64,000 bases of DNA. It comes from an uncultured Gemmatimonadales bacterium. GTDB lineage: Bacteria > Gemmatimonadota > Gemmatimonadetes > Gemmatimonadales > GWC2-71-9. Where the stretch lies: assembly GCA_963705985.1 (NCBI GenBank), contig CAVPLK010000002.1, positions 39,855-103,854 on the forward strand, given 5' to 3'. The notes beneath the pieces were generated by a model. The model was not told where the DNA came from and searched no databases. It was given only the letters and a program-made list of their open reading frames with translations. A program made the position numbers and the translations under genes. This document shows, one piece after another, positions 39,439 through 49,007 of this stretch. Within the stretch, counting starts at the first letter, position 1, and every line of letters starts with the position of its first letter.

Positions 39439-40134
39439 ATGCGCCGCCTTGCCCCGACCGCCGCGGCGGTCGTCCTCATCCTCACCATCGCCGCCCTTCC
39501 CGCTGCCGCGCAGGGTACCGCCGCTCAGCATGACATGGCGATGATGGGCACCACCGATGTCGCCAGCAAGCACCTTACCGTCACCCCACGCCGGCCGACG
39601 CAGCCGGGCGACTCGGCTCGCGCCGACAGCATCGTGCAGGTCGCCGAAGCGGCGCTGGCCAGGTATGGGGACGTTTCGGTAGCCGAGGCGGACGGCTTCC
39701 GGATGTTCGCGCCGAAGGTCAAGAAGCAGAAGATCTATCACTACAGCCGGCGCATGAACGCCGTGAAGGCACGCTGGACGTTCGACGCCACGGCGCCAAG
39801 TGCCCTGCTGTACGAGCCGCAGGCCGATGGCACCGTACGACTCATCGGCGCGATGTACACCGCACCTCCCACATTCACACTTGACCAGCTCGATGCGCGC
39901 ATTCCCCTCAGCATTGCCCAGTGGCATCAGCACACCAGCATCTGCCTCCCGCCAGGCGCGAACGAGGAGATGGGGCTCTTCACCCGTGACCCGCGATTCG
40001 GCCCGCGGGGCAGCATCTCGACCGAGGAAGCGTGTCAGGAGGCTGGGGGCACCTTCAAGCAGCGGATGGCGGGGTGGATGGTGCACGTGAACATGTTCGA
40101 GGCGCCGGACCAGGTGTGGGAGCACAGGCACTGA
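39439..40134 (+). CDS. Hypothetical secreted protein
   Basis: The ATG at 39439 follows GGGGAG. The signal peptide is MRRLAPTAAAVVLILTIAALPAAAQG. 231 aa with high GC3 and no family I recognise. Confidence 0.6.
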   Translation: MRRLAPTAAAVVLILTIAALPAAAQGTAAQHDMAMMGTTDVASKHLTVTPRRPTQPGDSARADSIVQVAEAALARYGDVSVAEADGFRMFAPKVKKQKIYHYSRRMNAVKARWTFDATAPSALLYEPQADGTVRLIGAMYTAPPTFTLDQLDARIPLSIAQWHQHTSICLPPGANEEMGLFTRDPRFGPRGSISTEEACQEAGGTFKQRMAGWMVHVNMFEAPDQVWEHRH

Positions 40135-40142
40135 CATGAAGA

Positions 40143-40185
40143 GGCAGGGCAGCGGGGCAGCCGGGCAGGGCTTGGTGTGGGGATT
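40143..40185. repeat. G-rich (GGGCAGC)n tract
   Basis: GGCAGGGCAGCGGGGCAGCCGGGCAGGGCTTGGTGTGGGG. Confidence 0.75.
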
Positions 40186-40271
40186 CGAGGCCGGGTCGTC
40201 CATATTGATGTCGGCGCGACGTTGCGCCGTGGCAACGCCGACCAGACTCACCTCCCAGCGCGAGACCTCAC

Positions 40272-40946
40272 GTGATACTCACGACACTCCTTCTGGCGGC
40301 GCTCCAGGGCCCGGCTGTCGCGCCGTCCGACACCGCCCGGACCGTCTTCGGGGCGTGGCAGTTCAACAAGGTGGACAGCGACAATCCCCAGCCCTACCTC
40401 GGCGGTCCCAACCAGGGCGGGTACGGTGCCGGAGGAGGCAACGGGGGCGGCCAGCGTGGCGGGGGCGGTCAGGGTGTCCAGGGTGGTGGCGGCGGGGGTG
40501 CTGGATCGGGTGGCGGCGGGATGGGCGGCGGACGGGGCGGCCCCCCTCCGGGAGGAGCTCAATCACCCTCGTCCTCGCAGATGGCAGGGCACCGGGAACT
40601 CACGGCCCTTGCCCTGCGGGCCCCCGAGTTGCTCGTGCTTCGCGAGTGGGGAGATACCCTGGCCGTGACTGCTGACAGCGCGGCCACGATCACTCTGCGG
40701 ACCAGTGGGAAGAAGGTAAAGTGGCTCACGACTGACAGCGTGAAAGTCGAGACCCGCGCCGAATGGGAGAATGGGCGCCTGGTGCTCACCCACGACGTGA
40801 AGGACGCCGGAAAGGTCTCGTATACCTTCTACCTCTCGCCGAAGCGCACCCAGCTGTTCGTGGCGGTGCGGGTCTACCCGAAGGGTGGACCCACCGATCC
40901 GGTTCCATTCCGTCGCGTGTACGACGTGGCCGAAGGCAGCCGCTAG
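40272..40946 (+). CDS. Hypothetical exported protein with a long Gly-rich linker
   Basis: 224-aa ORF with a GTG start and a hydrophobic N-terminus (ILTTLLLAAL), about 60 residues of G-rich low complexity, then a beta-rich C-terminal domain. The start is uncertain. Confidence 0.5.
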   Translation: MILTTLLLAALQGPAVAPSDTARTVFGAWQFNKVDSDNPQPYLGGPNQGGYGAGGGNGGGQRGGGGQGVQGGGGGGAGSGGGGMGGGRGGPPPGGAQSPSSSQMAGHRELTALALRAPELLVLREWGDTLAVTADSAATITLRTSGKKVKWLTTDSVKVETRAEWENGRLVLTHDVKDAGKVSYTFYLSPKRTQLFVAVRVYPKGGPTDPVPFRRVYDVAEGSR

Positions 40947-40982
40947 CCCGTCTGACCGGAGGTTCGCCGCCTCCCCCCGCCG

Positions 40983-43900
40983 TCACCTCACGCGCACCTC
41001 GATGACGGTGGTCGCCAGCGCGAGGGGCTTGTATCCCGCAATGTGCTGGAAGAACCAGGGACGGCGCAACTGGCCACGCGCGTTGGCCTCCGCCACCTCC
41101 GCTCCGGAGAGGTCGGCCAGGTCGTTTCCGTCGTCCCACATCGGCGTCCCCACCGCCCAGTTGGTCCCCGACGCGATCCACCGGGCATCGGTCTCGGCGG
41201 CGAACGACAGCACCAGATGGTACTCACCCGGGGTGTCCGGCCCGCGGAGGGCGAGCGTGTGGCGTGAGACGGCTTCCACGGCCGGCGTCGCGAGGGCGGA
41301 GACGGTGAGGTAGCTCTCGCGCTTGTCGCCCCAGCTCGGGAAGGCACCGAGAATGACCGAGGCGGCCGGCCAGTAGGCGGAGTAGCGAAGCGTGACCTCC
41401 CCCCGAATCATCTCCCCCGGCTGCACCATGAGCTGCCGATGCTCCGGGAGGAGCGTCTGCCCGTTCAGGTCCGCGCGGTCGAGCCAGAGGGTGGCGCCGC
41501 CGGGCGGATCGAGCACGACGGTGACTGCGTCCAGCCCCTTGGCCGAGAATCGAAGCTGCGTTCCCCCCGGCGCGGACGCGCCGAGCGCGACGCGATTGAA
41601 CGTCGCCAGCCCGTCCACCGCCGTGACCGAGGTGGATCCGACGACTCGCGCGGAATCACCCACGGCCTCGACCAGCACGTCGATGCTCCTGTTGCGCACC
41701 CGTCGGCCCGAGCCGTCCTGAATTTCCACGATGGGAACTGGAACCAGCGCGGACTGGTTGCCGGAAATCGGCGCCTGCAAGACGACCAGGCGCGCCGGAC
41801 GGTCGGCGCCCTGGTTCGCGAGCACCGCCAGGGCGGAGACCACCAGGAGCCCGGCCCCCGCGGCGCTCCACCGCCTGGGGCGAGTGTCGAGTCCCAGCCG
41901 CCGATGAACCGGCCGCACCCGCAGCACCCGGCGGAGGCGATCCGACGTGCCCGCACTCCCGAGCAGCGCCCGCGCGAGCTCCATGTCACTCCGCGGATCG
42001 CGCCTCCGATGCGCCGACGCCAGCCATCGACGGTAGAGGGGGGCGAGCGTTTCCTCCGCTCCCCCGTGGATCAGCAACTCGGCGGCGCGCTGATGGTCGA
42101 AGGGCGAGATCGACGGCTCGAGGACGAGCGCGACGCCGAGCCGGCGGGCGAGGTCGTGCACGGCCTCCGGCGTGGCGTCCTGGAGGGCGACCTCGGCCAG
42201 CTCGTCGTGCCCCAGGCGCCAGCGGTCCTCGACGAGCGCGACGAAGCCGCGGAGTTCGAGCGAAGCGAGGAGGGCGGCCACCTCCTCCTCGGGCAGGATC
42301 GCCGCCCAGGCGAGGACTCGCGCGCCCATCGGGGCGGCGGCGGTCGCGAGGAGCGAGAGGAGCAGCCGCGAACGCGCCTCGAGCGCTTCCACGCGTCGGC
42401 GAAGCGCGTCTCCTGCCGGGAGTTCCGCCGCAATGCGGCCGGGGTCCGCGCAACTCCACCCGCGATCGTCGAGCCCCAGCCACCCCCGGTCGAGCGCCAG
42501 TTGCAGGCTCTCGAGGATCAGGTGCGGCGATCCCGCGGAGGCGCCGTGGAGTCGATCGACCAGCAGCGACGACCATGCTGCGTCGGGCAGGGCACCGACG
42601 CTCATGACCAGCGCCTCGACCTGGGCCGCCGTCAGGGCCGCCAGCGCGAGGGTCTCGGCGTCGGCCTCGATCGATTCCATGCCCCGGACCGGCCGCCCGG
42701 CCGTCACCACCAGCATCCTCGAACCGGTCGCCCTGGCGCAGAGCCCGGCGAGGACCTGCAGCGACTCGCGATCCATCCAGTGGACATCGTCGAGCAGGAG
42801 CGCCAGCGGGGCTTCCTCGCTCAGCGCCAGCAGCAGGTCGGAGAGCGCGAGGGTGCGGCGACGGAGCGCCTCCGCCCCCTCGCTGGTGTCGGCGGTTCCC
42901 TGGAATCCGGTGGCCAGCGAGGGATCGAGCGCCTGGAGGGTGGCGAGCGCGGTCGGTGACACCCCCGAGGCGCCGGGGAGCACGAGGAGCGCACGGGCGA
43001 GCTCGGCGGCGAAGACGTAGGCGATCTGGCGGGACCCCGGCGGGGCGCGCAGGTAGAGGATTCGCCCGCCCATGGCGCGGAGCCGGCGTTCGGCGTCGCG
43101 CAGGAGGCGGGTCTTGCCGATTCCGGCGGGCGCGGAGAGGTGCAGGTGCCCCCCCTGCCCGGCACGGGTGCGCTCCCACGCCTGCGTGATCCGACGAAAC
43201 TCCCCCTCCCGTCCGATCAGTTCCCCGGTCAGCACGGTGGACGCCGATCGCGTCGCGGCGGGAGGCATCGCGCGAACCCGCGCCAGGAACGGCACTGTTT
43301 GCGCTTCGGGATCGCGCCGCTCCTCGAGGAGCATCGTCTCCAGCGCATCGGCCTCGATCCCGGCGCCGATCGGGTCGCCGGCGAGCAACAGGGTGTCGAG
43401 CAAGAACCTCCACACCGCCTCGTTGGACGGGTCGGCGTCCCGGTGCTGGCGGGCCAGCGCGATCGCTTCCCGCACCGCACCGCGGTCCAGGCGCTCCCGG
43501 GCGAGGGCGTCGAGCGCGCGCATCCAGCCGGAGCGCAGACGATCCCTCGTCTTGTCGGCCCAGTGCTCAAACCCCGCGCCCCCCGGGACGCCGAACTCGC
43601 CGAGGAAGTCTCCCTGGTAGCGGCGGACCGCCTCCTCAAAGCGGGACGCGCGCAGCGCGTCCCCCACCTCGGCATAGTCGGAGACGAGGGGGAGCCGAAG
43701 GGTGAGCTGTTCCCCCTCACCGGCAAGGGTGGACTCGCCGAGCTTGCTTCGGATCTGCCAGATGGCCTGCCTGAGAGACTGACGGGCGCGTTCCAGGTCG
43801 GCATCGGTCCAGAGGAGGTCGGTCAGGTGCACCCGGCTTGCCGTCCGACCGGCGGCCATGGTCAGGTAGATGATGATGGCGAGCGGCTTGCCGGGGCCGA

Positions 43901-44000
43901 AGATCAACGTCTCCTCGCCCCCCTCCCCGACCTGGACAAGGCGTGGCATGGGTCCAAGCGTTCTGAGACGAAGGTCGGCGTCCGGCAATTCGGCTGTCAT
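40983..44000 (-). CDS. Membrane-anchored SARP-type regulator: OmpR-like winged helix + BTAD + AAA/STAND ATPase + helical region + TM segment + extracytoplasmic Ig-like and C-terminal domains
   Basis: wHTH/BTAD region (LHLTDLLW...ARQSLRQAIWQIR; YQGDFLGEF...ADPSNEAVWRFLLDTLLLAGD), Walker A APAGIGKTRLL, Walker B LALLLDDVHWMD, a TM segment WSAAGAGLLVVSALAVLA, then an Ig-like unit (VPVPIVEIQDGSGRRV...VDGLATFNRVALG). The start is set at ATG 44000 (the track ORF starts at 44159). Confidence 0.75.
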   Translation of the reverse strand: MTAELPDADLRLRTLGPMPRLVQVGEGGEETLIFGPGKPLAIIIYLTMAAGRTASRVHLTDLLWTDADLERARQSLRQAIWQIRSKLGESTLAGEGEQLTLRLPLVSDYAEVGDALRASRFEEAVRRYQGDFLGEFGVPGGAGFEHWADKTRDRLRSGWMRALDALARERLDRGAVREAIALARQHRDADPSNEAVWRFLLDTLLLAGDPIGAGIEADALETMLLEERRDPEAQTVPFLARVRAMPPAATRSASTVLTGELIGREGEFRRITQAWERTRAGQGGHLHLSAPAGIGKTRLLRDAERRLRAMGGRILYLRAPPGSRQIAYVFAAELARALLVLPGASGVSPTALATLQALDPSLATGFQGTADTSEGAEALRRRTLALSDLLLALSEEAPLALLLDDVHWMDRESLQVLAGLCARATGSRMLVVTAGRPVRGMESIEADAETLALAALTAAQVEALVMSVGALPDAAWSSLLVDRLHGASAGSPHLILESLQLALDRGWLGLDDRGWSCADPGRIAAELPAGDALRRRVEALEARSRLLLSLLATAAAPMGARVLAWAAILPEEEVAALLASLELRGFVALVEDRWRLGHDELAEVALQDATPEAVHDLARRLGVALVLEPSISPFDHQRAAELLIHGGAEETLAPLYRRWLASAHRRRDPRSDMELARALLGSAGTSDRLRRVLRVRPVHRRLGLDTRPRRWSAAGAGLLVVSALAVLANQGADRPARLVVLQAPISGNQSALVPVPIVEIQDGSGRRVRNRSIDVLVEAVGDSARVVGSTSVTAVDGLATFNRVALGASAPGGTQLRFSAKGLDAVTVVLDPPGGATLWLDRADLNGQTLLPEHRQLMVQPGEMIRGEVTLRYSAYWPAASVILGAFPSWGDKRESYLTVSALATPAVEAVSRHTLALRGPDTPGEYHLVLSFAAETDARWIASGTNWAVGTPMWDDGNDLADLSGAEVAEANARGQLRRPWFFQHIAGYKPLALATTVIEVRVR

Positions 44001-44082
44001 GGGGTCAGGTGGAAGGATACCATCCGTCGGAGCTTCCGGGAGGGGCAACTCATTTTCCGCCAAACAATTGCGACGATTTCGC

Positions 44083-44104
44083 GGGGGATTGACGGGGGAT
44101 TGAC
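44083..44104 (+). promoter_or_regulatory. Two perfect tandem 11-bp direct repeats GGGGGATTGAC in the divergent promoter region (candidate SARP operator)
   Basis: GGGGGATTGAC (44083-44093) is followed directly by GGGGGATTGAC (44094-44104), then a degenerate third unit GGCGGGGTGCT and a TAnnnT hexamer TAGCGT at 44115-20. This lies 67 nt upstream of the 44171 ATG. Confidence 0.45.
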
Positions 44105-44170
44105 GGCGGGGTGCTAGCGTGGACGGACTCACTGCCACGCCGCCCGGGGCGGCCTTCAAGGAGTTCGGTC

Positions 44171-46009
44171 ATGCCGCGATTGCCGATGCACCTGCTGGTG
44201 CTTGGGGTCACCGCCCTGCTCACTGCCGTCGCCGGCTGCGACTCGACCGCCCCGTACGAGCCAGCGACCAGACTGGGATTCTCCCAGCAACCGACCCCGA
44301 CGACGGCGGGAGCGGTCGTGTCCCCCGCGGTCACGGTCTCCGTCCTCACGGCGGGGGGAGACCGGTCCACCGGATCTTCCGTCACCATCACCGTGGCCAT
44401 CACGGTGGGCACCGGTGCGGCCGGGGCCATCCTGGGAGGCACGACCACGAGGACGGCGGTCAACGGGGTCGCGACCTTCAACGATCTCACGCTCGACAAG
44501 GCGGGAACCGGGTACACCATCACGGCCACGAGCAGCACCCTGACAGCGGCCACCAGCACGGGCTTCGCGGTGACGGCAGGGGCGGCGAGCGCCTTGACCT
44601 TTCGCACGCAGCCCGCGACGGCCGAGGCCGGGGTACCGATTTCGCCGGCCGTCGAGGTGCAGGCGCTGGATGCGTACGGCAATCCCGCCTCGGGCAACGT
44701 CACCATCGCCATCGCCCCAGGCACCGGGGCGGCCGGCGCCGTCCTCGGCGGCACGCTCACGAAACCGACGGCGAACGGGATCGCCACCTTCGATGATCTC
44801 ACGGTGGACAAGGCGGCGGGTGGGTATACGCTCGCGGCAACAGGGGCGGCTGCGCCCACGGCGACCAGCGACCTCTTCGGCGTGATGGCCGGCCCGCCCG
44901 CCGTGCTTATTGCGCTGGCGGGGGATGGTCAGTCGGCACCCGTCGGCACTGCACCACCTGTCATGCCCTCTGTCGAGGTTCGCGACCAGTTCGGCAATCT
45001 CGTTCCGAGTGCCGCCGTCGTGTTTACGGTCACCCAGGGGAGCGGCATCATCATCGATACCTTTCATGTGACCGGCGCGGACGGGCGCGCCACCCTCGGA
45101 GGCTGGGAGGTGGACGGGCTCGGCATCAACCGGGTGACCGCGCTCACCGCCGGCGGCGCGATAACGACCCCCTTCACCGCCACCGCCAGCAATTTGAGTT
45201 TTGCCTATACGCCGGATGTCATCGGCGGAGGCTGGACGCTCTGGGCGGCCAATGAGGACACCATTTTTGTCGGGGGCGGATTCCAGTTGCTGCGGTACTT
45301 CAATGGCACCACCTGGAGCAGCATGACCTCGGCGCTGGGAGCCAACACCTACGGGATCTGCGGGCGCGCCAGTACTGACGTCTACACCACCGGGCAATGG
45401 GGCGTCCAGCACTACGCCGGCACGAGCTGGGCCTCAATTCTGGGCGGAACAGACGAGATCATCGACTGCTGGGCCGGGACGAGCACCGTCTATGCGGTCG
45501 GCGATGGCACGCTGCGGGTTTACGCGAACGGCAGCTGGACGAGCATTCCAACGGGGCTGTCCCAGGCCTTCAACGTGGACCGCCTCGAGCAGGTCTGGGG
45601 CACCGGGACTGGTGTGGTCTACGCCGCCGGCAGGCCGGGCGTGCTCAAGTATGACGGTGTGGCCGCGGCGCTCGTCCCCGGCCTCCCGGCGAACATGGTC
45701 GGCATCCACGGGAGCTCGGCCGATAACGTGTTCGCCGTCGGATCCAACGGCGCCATCTGGCGCTACGACGGCACCTCCTGGGCCCCGATGAACAGCGGCA
45801 CGACTGAAACCCTCACGGGCGTGGCCGCCTTGTCCCCCAAGAACGTCTATGTCGTCGGCAACACCGGACTCCTGCTTCGCTACGACGGCATCGATTGGCA
45901 GCCGGTCAGCACGGGAAACACCTCGGCCTGGTATTCGGAGATTCAGGCCCTTTCGGCGACCAGTCTTCTGATCACGGCCCCACCGGGCATGCTGGCGGGG
46001 AAACCATGA
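44171..46009 (+). CDS. Lipoprotein with three tandem Ig-like repeats and a C-terminal beta-propeller-like domain
   Basis: AAGGAG lies 8 nt upstream of the ATG. The signal and lipobox are MPRLPMHLLVLGVTALLTAVAGC. Three units of about 95 aa each end in GVATFNDLTLDKAG / GIATFDDLTVDKAA. Then come six blades with the pattern h-h-R-Y-D/N-G-x-x-W. Confidence 0.75.
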   Translation: MPRLPMHLLVLGVTALLTAVAGCDSTAPYEPATRLGFSQQPTPTTAGAVVSPAVTVSVLTAGGDRSTGSSVTITVAITVGTGAAGAILGGTTTRTAVNGVATFNDLTLDKAGTGYTITATSSTLTAATSTGFAVTAGAASALTFRTQPATAEAGVPISPAVEVQALDAYGNPASGNVTIAIAPGTGAAGAVLGGTLTKPTANGIATFDDLTVDKAAGGYTLAATGAAAPTATSDLFGVMAGPPAVLIALAGDGQSAPVGTAPPVMPSVEVRDQFGNLVPSAAVVFTVTQGSGIIIDTFHVTGADGRATLGGWEVDGLGINRVTALTAGGAITTPFTATASNLSFAYTPDVIGGGWTLWAANEDTIFVGGGFQLLRYFNGTTWSSMTSALGANTYGICGRASTDVYTTGQWGVQHYAGTSWASILGGTDEIIDCWAGTSTVYAVGDGTLRVYANGSWTSIPTGLSQAFNVDRLEQVWGTGTGVVYAAGRPGVLKYDGVAAALVPGLPANMVGIHGSSADNVFAVGSNGAIWRYDGTSWAPMNSGTTETLTGVAALSPKNVYVVGNTGLLLRYDGIDWQPVSTGNTSAWYSEIQALSATSLLITAPPGMLAGKP

Positions 46010-46425
46010 GCGAACCGTCGCCGAGGATGCAGAGCCCAGTCCTCTCGCCGCTTGAAGACACCGCCAAGGCCTCGCGTGACCATCTCGACGACTTCGCTGA
46101 TTCCGTACTGGTCACCACCTCCCCCGGCGTCAACCGCTTTCGGATCGAGCGGCAGGTCGGACAGGAGCGCATCGAGTTCGTGACCGAAGGGGGGCTGATC
46201 TCGGAATTCACCGCGGAGTTCTACAGCCTGCTCGGCCAGCGCACCGATGACACCCACGGCCCGCTCCGGTCCAAGCGCCACCCCGCCATCCGGGCGCTGA
46301 TGCTGCGCGCCGCGCGGCAGGGCGCCAACGCCGTCATCAATGTGGAGCTCGACTACGAGGGACATACGGGCGAGCGGGCGCGGTACGTCCTCAGCGGGAC
46401 GATGGTGGTCTTGGTACCGATGTAA
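46006..46425 (+). CDS. YbjQ/DUF74-family protein
   Basis: The ATG overlaps the upstream stop (ATGA). The C-terminal block RQGANAVINVELDYE...SGTMVVL is typical of the YbjQ fold family. Confidence 0.65.
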   Translation: MSEPSPRMQSPVLSPLEDTAKASRDHLDDFADSVLVTTSPGVNRFRIERQVGQERIEFVTEGGLISEFTAEFYSLLGQRTDDTHGPLRSKRHPAIRALMLRAARQGANAVINVELDYEGHTGERARYVLSGTMVVLVPM

Positions 46426-46945
46426 GCGGGGAGGCGGACTGCCCCCGGAGGAACGCGACCGTGGTAATGACCTGGCCGGCATGCCGCTGCGCGTGCTCGC
46501 CGGCGTGGGCCAGCAGTCCCAGCACATTGCTCGGCCGCTGAGCGCGCCCGACTCCGCGGAACTCGAGGAGGGTGTCCGGAGACGTGGCCCGGAGGACGGC
46601 GAGCGCCGCATCCACCGTCGCCCCGAGCGCGGCGAGAAGCTCCCCGGCCGATGTGTCGGACGGACCAGGCGCCTGCTCGTGCGTAAGGGCCTCACGCTGC
46701 CCCTCCGTAAGCGGCACGCCCCGCGCGTAGGTGACCAGCCGGTCAATGCTGCCGGCGATGTGACGCAGGTGAAATCCCACCGACGCCGCCCCGCCCGGCC
46801 GGGCCCAGAGTTCGTCGGCGGTCAGGTCGCTGGCGACGCGCTCGACGTCCCGCCGCGCCTGGAGCAGCCCGTGGGCCACCGGCATCAGGAGCGGAGGCAC
46901 TCCCTCCACCGGTCCGGCGAGCCAGGCGTCGATGGCGGTACTCAT
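46391..46945 (-). CDS. DinB-superfamily protein
   Basis: 184-aa four-helix-bundle-type sequence with the DinB histidines (FHLRHIAGSIDRL, LAHAGEHAQRHAGQ). Its 3' end overlaps the convergent YbjQ gene by 35 nt. Confidence 0.8.
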   Translation of the reverse strand: MSTAIDAWLAGPVEGVPPLLMPVAHGLLQARRDVERVASDLTADELWARPGGAASVGFHLRHIAGSIDRLVTYARGVPLTEGQREALTHEQAPGPSDTSAGELLAALGATVDAALAVLRATSPDTLLEFRGVGRAQRPSNVLGLLAHAGEHAQRHAGQVITTVAFLRGQSASPLTSVPRPPSSR

Positions 46946-47037
46946 GGTGCCTCCTGGTGATTGGATCGTCAGTATGATGCGCCAGAGATTGCTTCGTCGG
47001 CCACTGCGTGACCTCCTCGCAATGACAGAAGGGACGG

Positions 47038-47166
47038 CGCTGCCCCGCTCCCCCGCCCCCTGCGGTCACCTCACAAGGACCGAAGTCCATTCGCTCGCGT
47101 CGCTTTAGCGACATCAGCCGAGCCGCGGCTTCAGCCGCGACTCGCGCTGCCCCCCTGCCCCGCCCC
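47038..47166. repeat. Composite repeat: C-rich tracts flanking the double hairpin GTCGC ttta GCGAC - ATCAGCCGAGC - CGCGGC ttca GCCGCG
   Basis: Hairpins at 47099-47112 and 47124-47139. The whole 41-nt unit recurs inverted at 51361-51401 with one base difference. Confidence 0.85.
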
Positions 47167-47249
47167 AATAGCATTCCCTCCCCGGCCGGATAAGTTACGA
47201 AGGTCGCACGCACCCCCCTGCATTTTCGCGGCGAATCGGAGACTAAATA

Positions 47250-49007
47250 GTGAGAGCACGCCCGATCATGGCTGTCGTCGTACTTCTGGCCGGAATCTCG
47301 GTGCACCCAGCCTCGGCCCAGGCCCCCTCTACCGGCTACCAGAACGCCGCCGCCCTCCAGAAGGCCATCGACCAACTGGGCCGGGACTATCGCAACGTGG
47401 TGACGCTGTCCACCGTGGCACAGTCGCCTGGCAAGCGGCCGGTCCGAGCAATACGCCTCGGCGCGGGCAACGATCCCGACGGCCGCCCCGCGCTGCTGGT
47501 GCTGGCCAACGCGTTCGGGCCCCACGTCGTGGGGAGCGAGATGGCCATCCGGGTGGCCACGCAACTGGCCAACGGCTATGGCAAGGACAGCTCGGTCACC
47601 TCGCTCCTCAACACCCGCACCATCTATATCATCCCCCGCGTCAACCCGGACGCGGCCGAGGGATTTTTCCAAACCCCGCTCTATGAACGGATCCGGAACG
47701 ACGGCACCGCCGACGACGATCACGACTGGGAAGCGGACGAAGACGGCCCGGAGGACCTGAACGGCGACGGCCTGATCACCATGATGCGGGTGCGCGATCC
47801 GGCCGGAGAATGGATGGCCGACTCCGCCAACCCGGCACTGCTCCGTAAGGCCGACCGCGCCAAAGGCGAGATCGGCGTCTATCGCCTCTACACCGAGGGG
47901 CGCGACAACGACCACGACCAGGCCTGGAACGAGGACCCCGTCGGCAGCACCGCCGTCAGCGCCAACTTCACCTATCAATATGATTTCTTCGGCGACGCCA
48001 CCGGACTCTACCCGATGTCCGCGCCGGAAACAAAAGGCGTGGCCGACTTCTTCATTGCCCATCCTAACATCGCCGCCGTGTACGTCCTCGGCCCCCAGGA
48101 CAACCTGCTGACCCCGTGGAAGCACACGAGCGGCCGCGGGCTCGGTGGCAAGGACGAGGGCACCTCGGCGGGAGGGCCCTACACCAGCATCCTGGAGGCC
48201 GACCAGCCCTTCTTCGAGGAGATGGCCACCCGCTTCCAGGCCGCGACCGGACGGAAGGCCGGACCGGCCTCGGACGCGCTGAGCGGCGACCCCCTCTCGT
48301 GGGCCTATTTTTCCATGGGCCGCTGGGCGTTCGGCTCGCGTGCCTGGTGGATTCCCGAGACACCCGCGAAGGACACGACGGCGACGGACAGCCTCGCTCC
48401 GACAAAGGAGGCCAAGCCGGGCGACGGCAAGAAGACCGCCGCGTACCCCGACTCCCTCAAGGCGGAGTCGAACGCGTACCGCTGGGTCGCGGCGAACAAC
48501 GCACGCGGCTTCGTCGCCTGGACTCGCGTGGATCACCCCGATTTCCCGGGTCGCGAGGTGGAGATCGGGGGCTTCGCGCCGTTCGTCGGCATCAACCCGC
48601 CCGCCGCGATGCTCGACTCGCTCTCGCGCGGCCAGCTGACGTTCGTGACCGGCCTGGCCGGCGCCCTCCCGCGCGTCACCCTGCGCAACGCGCACGTCAC
48701 CCGGGTCGGCGATCGGACCTACCGGATCGAGGTCGAGGTGGCCAACGACGGGTACTTCCCGACGCTGGCCGCCATCGGCGTGAAAGCGTTCTGGCCGCGA
48801 CGCATTCGACTCGCGCTCGACAAGGGGAAGACGGAGATCGTCGGGGGTCGCGCCGTACAGCTGGTCGGGCCAATCCCCGGCAGCGGGGCGTCGGAGAAGT
48901 TCCGGTGGGTGGTGGTGGGGGACGCGGGGGCCACCGTAGACGATCACGGCCACGAGTCCGGTCGCGGGGTCCGCGTCCGAACCCCTGACGCTGCGTTGAG
49001 GCGATGA
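47250..49007 (+). CDS. M14-family carboxypeptidase-like protein (zinc-binding HxxE apparently not conserved)
   Basis: 585 aa with a signal peptide, paralogous to the next gene. Where the neighbour has IDGNIHANEIQGSE, this protein has VLANAFGPHVVGSE. Confidence 0.75.
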   Translation: MRARPIMAVVVLLAGISVHPASAQAPSTGYQNAAALQKAIDQLGRDYRNVVTLSTVAQSPGKRPVRAIRLGAGNDPDGRPALLVLANAFGPHVVGSEMAIRVATQLANGYGKDSSVTSLLNTRTIYIIPRVNPDAAEGFFQTPLYERIRNDGTADDDHDWEADEDGPEDLNGDGLITMMRVRDPAGEWMADSANPALLRKADRAKGEIGVYRLYTEGRDNDHDQAWNEDPVGSTAVSANFTYQYDFFGDATGLYPMSAPETKGVADFFIAHPNIAAVYVLGPQDNLLTPWKHTSGRGLGGKDEGTSAGGPYTSILEADQPFFEEMATRFQAATGRKAGPASDALSGDPLSWAYFSMGRWAFGSRAWWIPETPAKDTTATDSLAPTKEAKPGDGKKTAAYPDSLKAESNAYRWVAANNARGFVAWTRVDHPDFPGREVEIGGFAPFVGINPPAAMLDSLSRGQLTFVTGLAGALPRVTLRNAHVTRVGDRTYRIEVEVANDGYFPTLAAIGVKAFWPRRIRLALDKGKTEIVGGRAVQLVGPIPGSGASEKFRWVVVGDAGATVDDHGHESGRGVRVRTPDAALRR

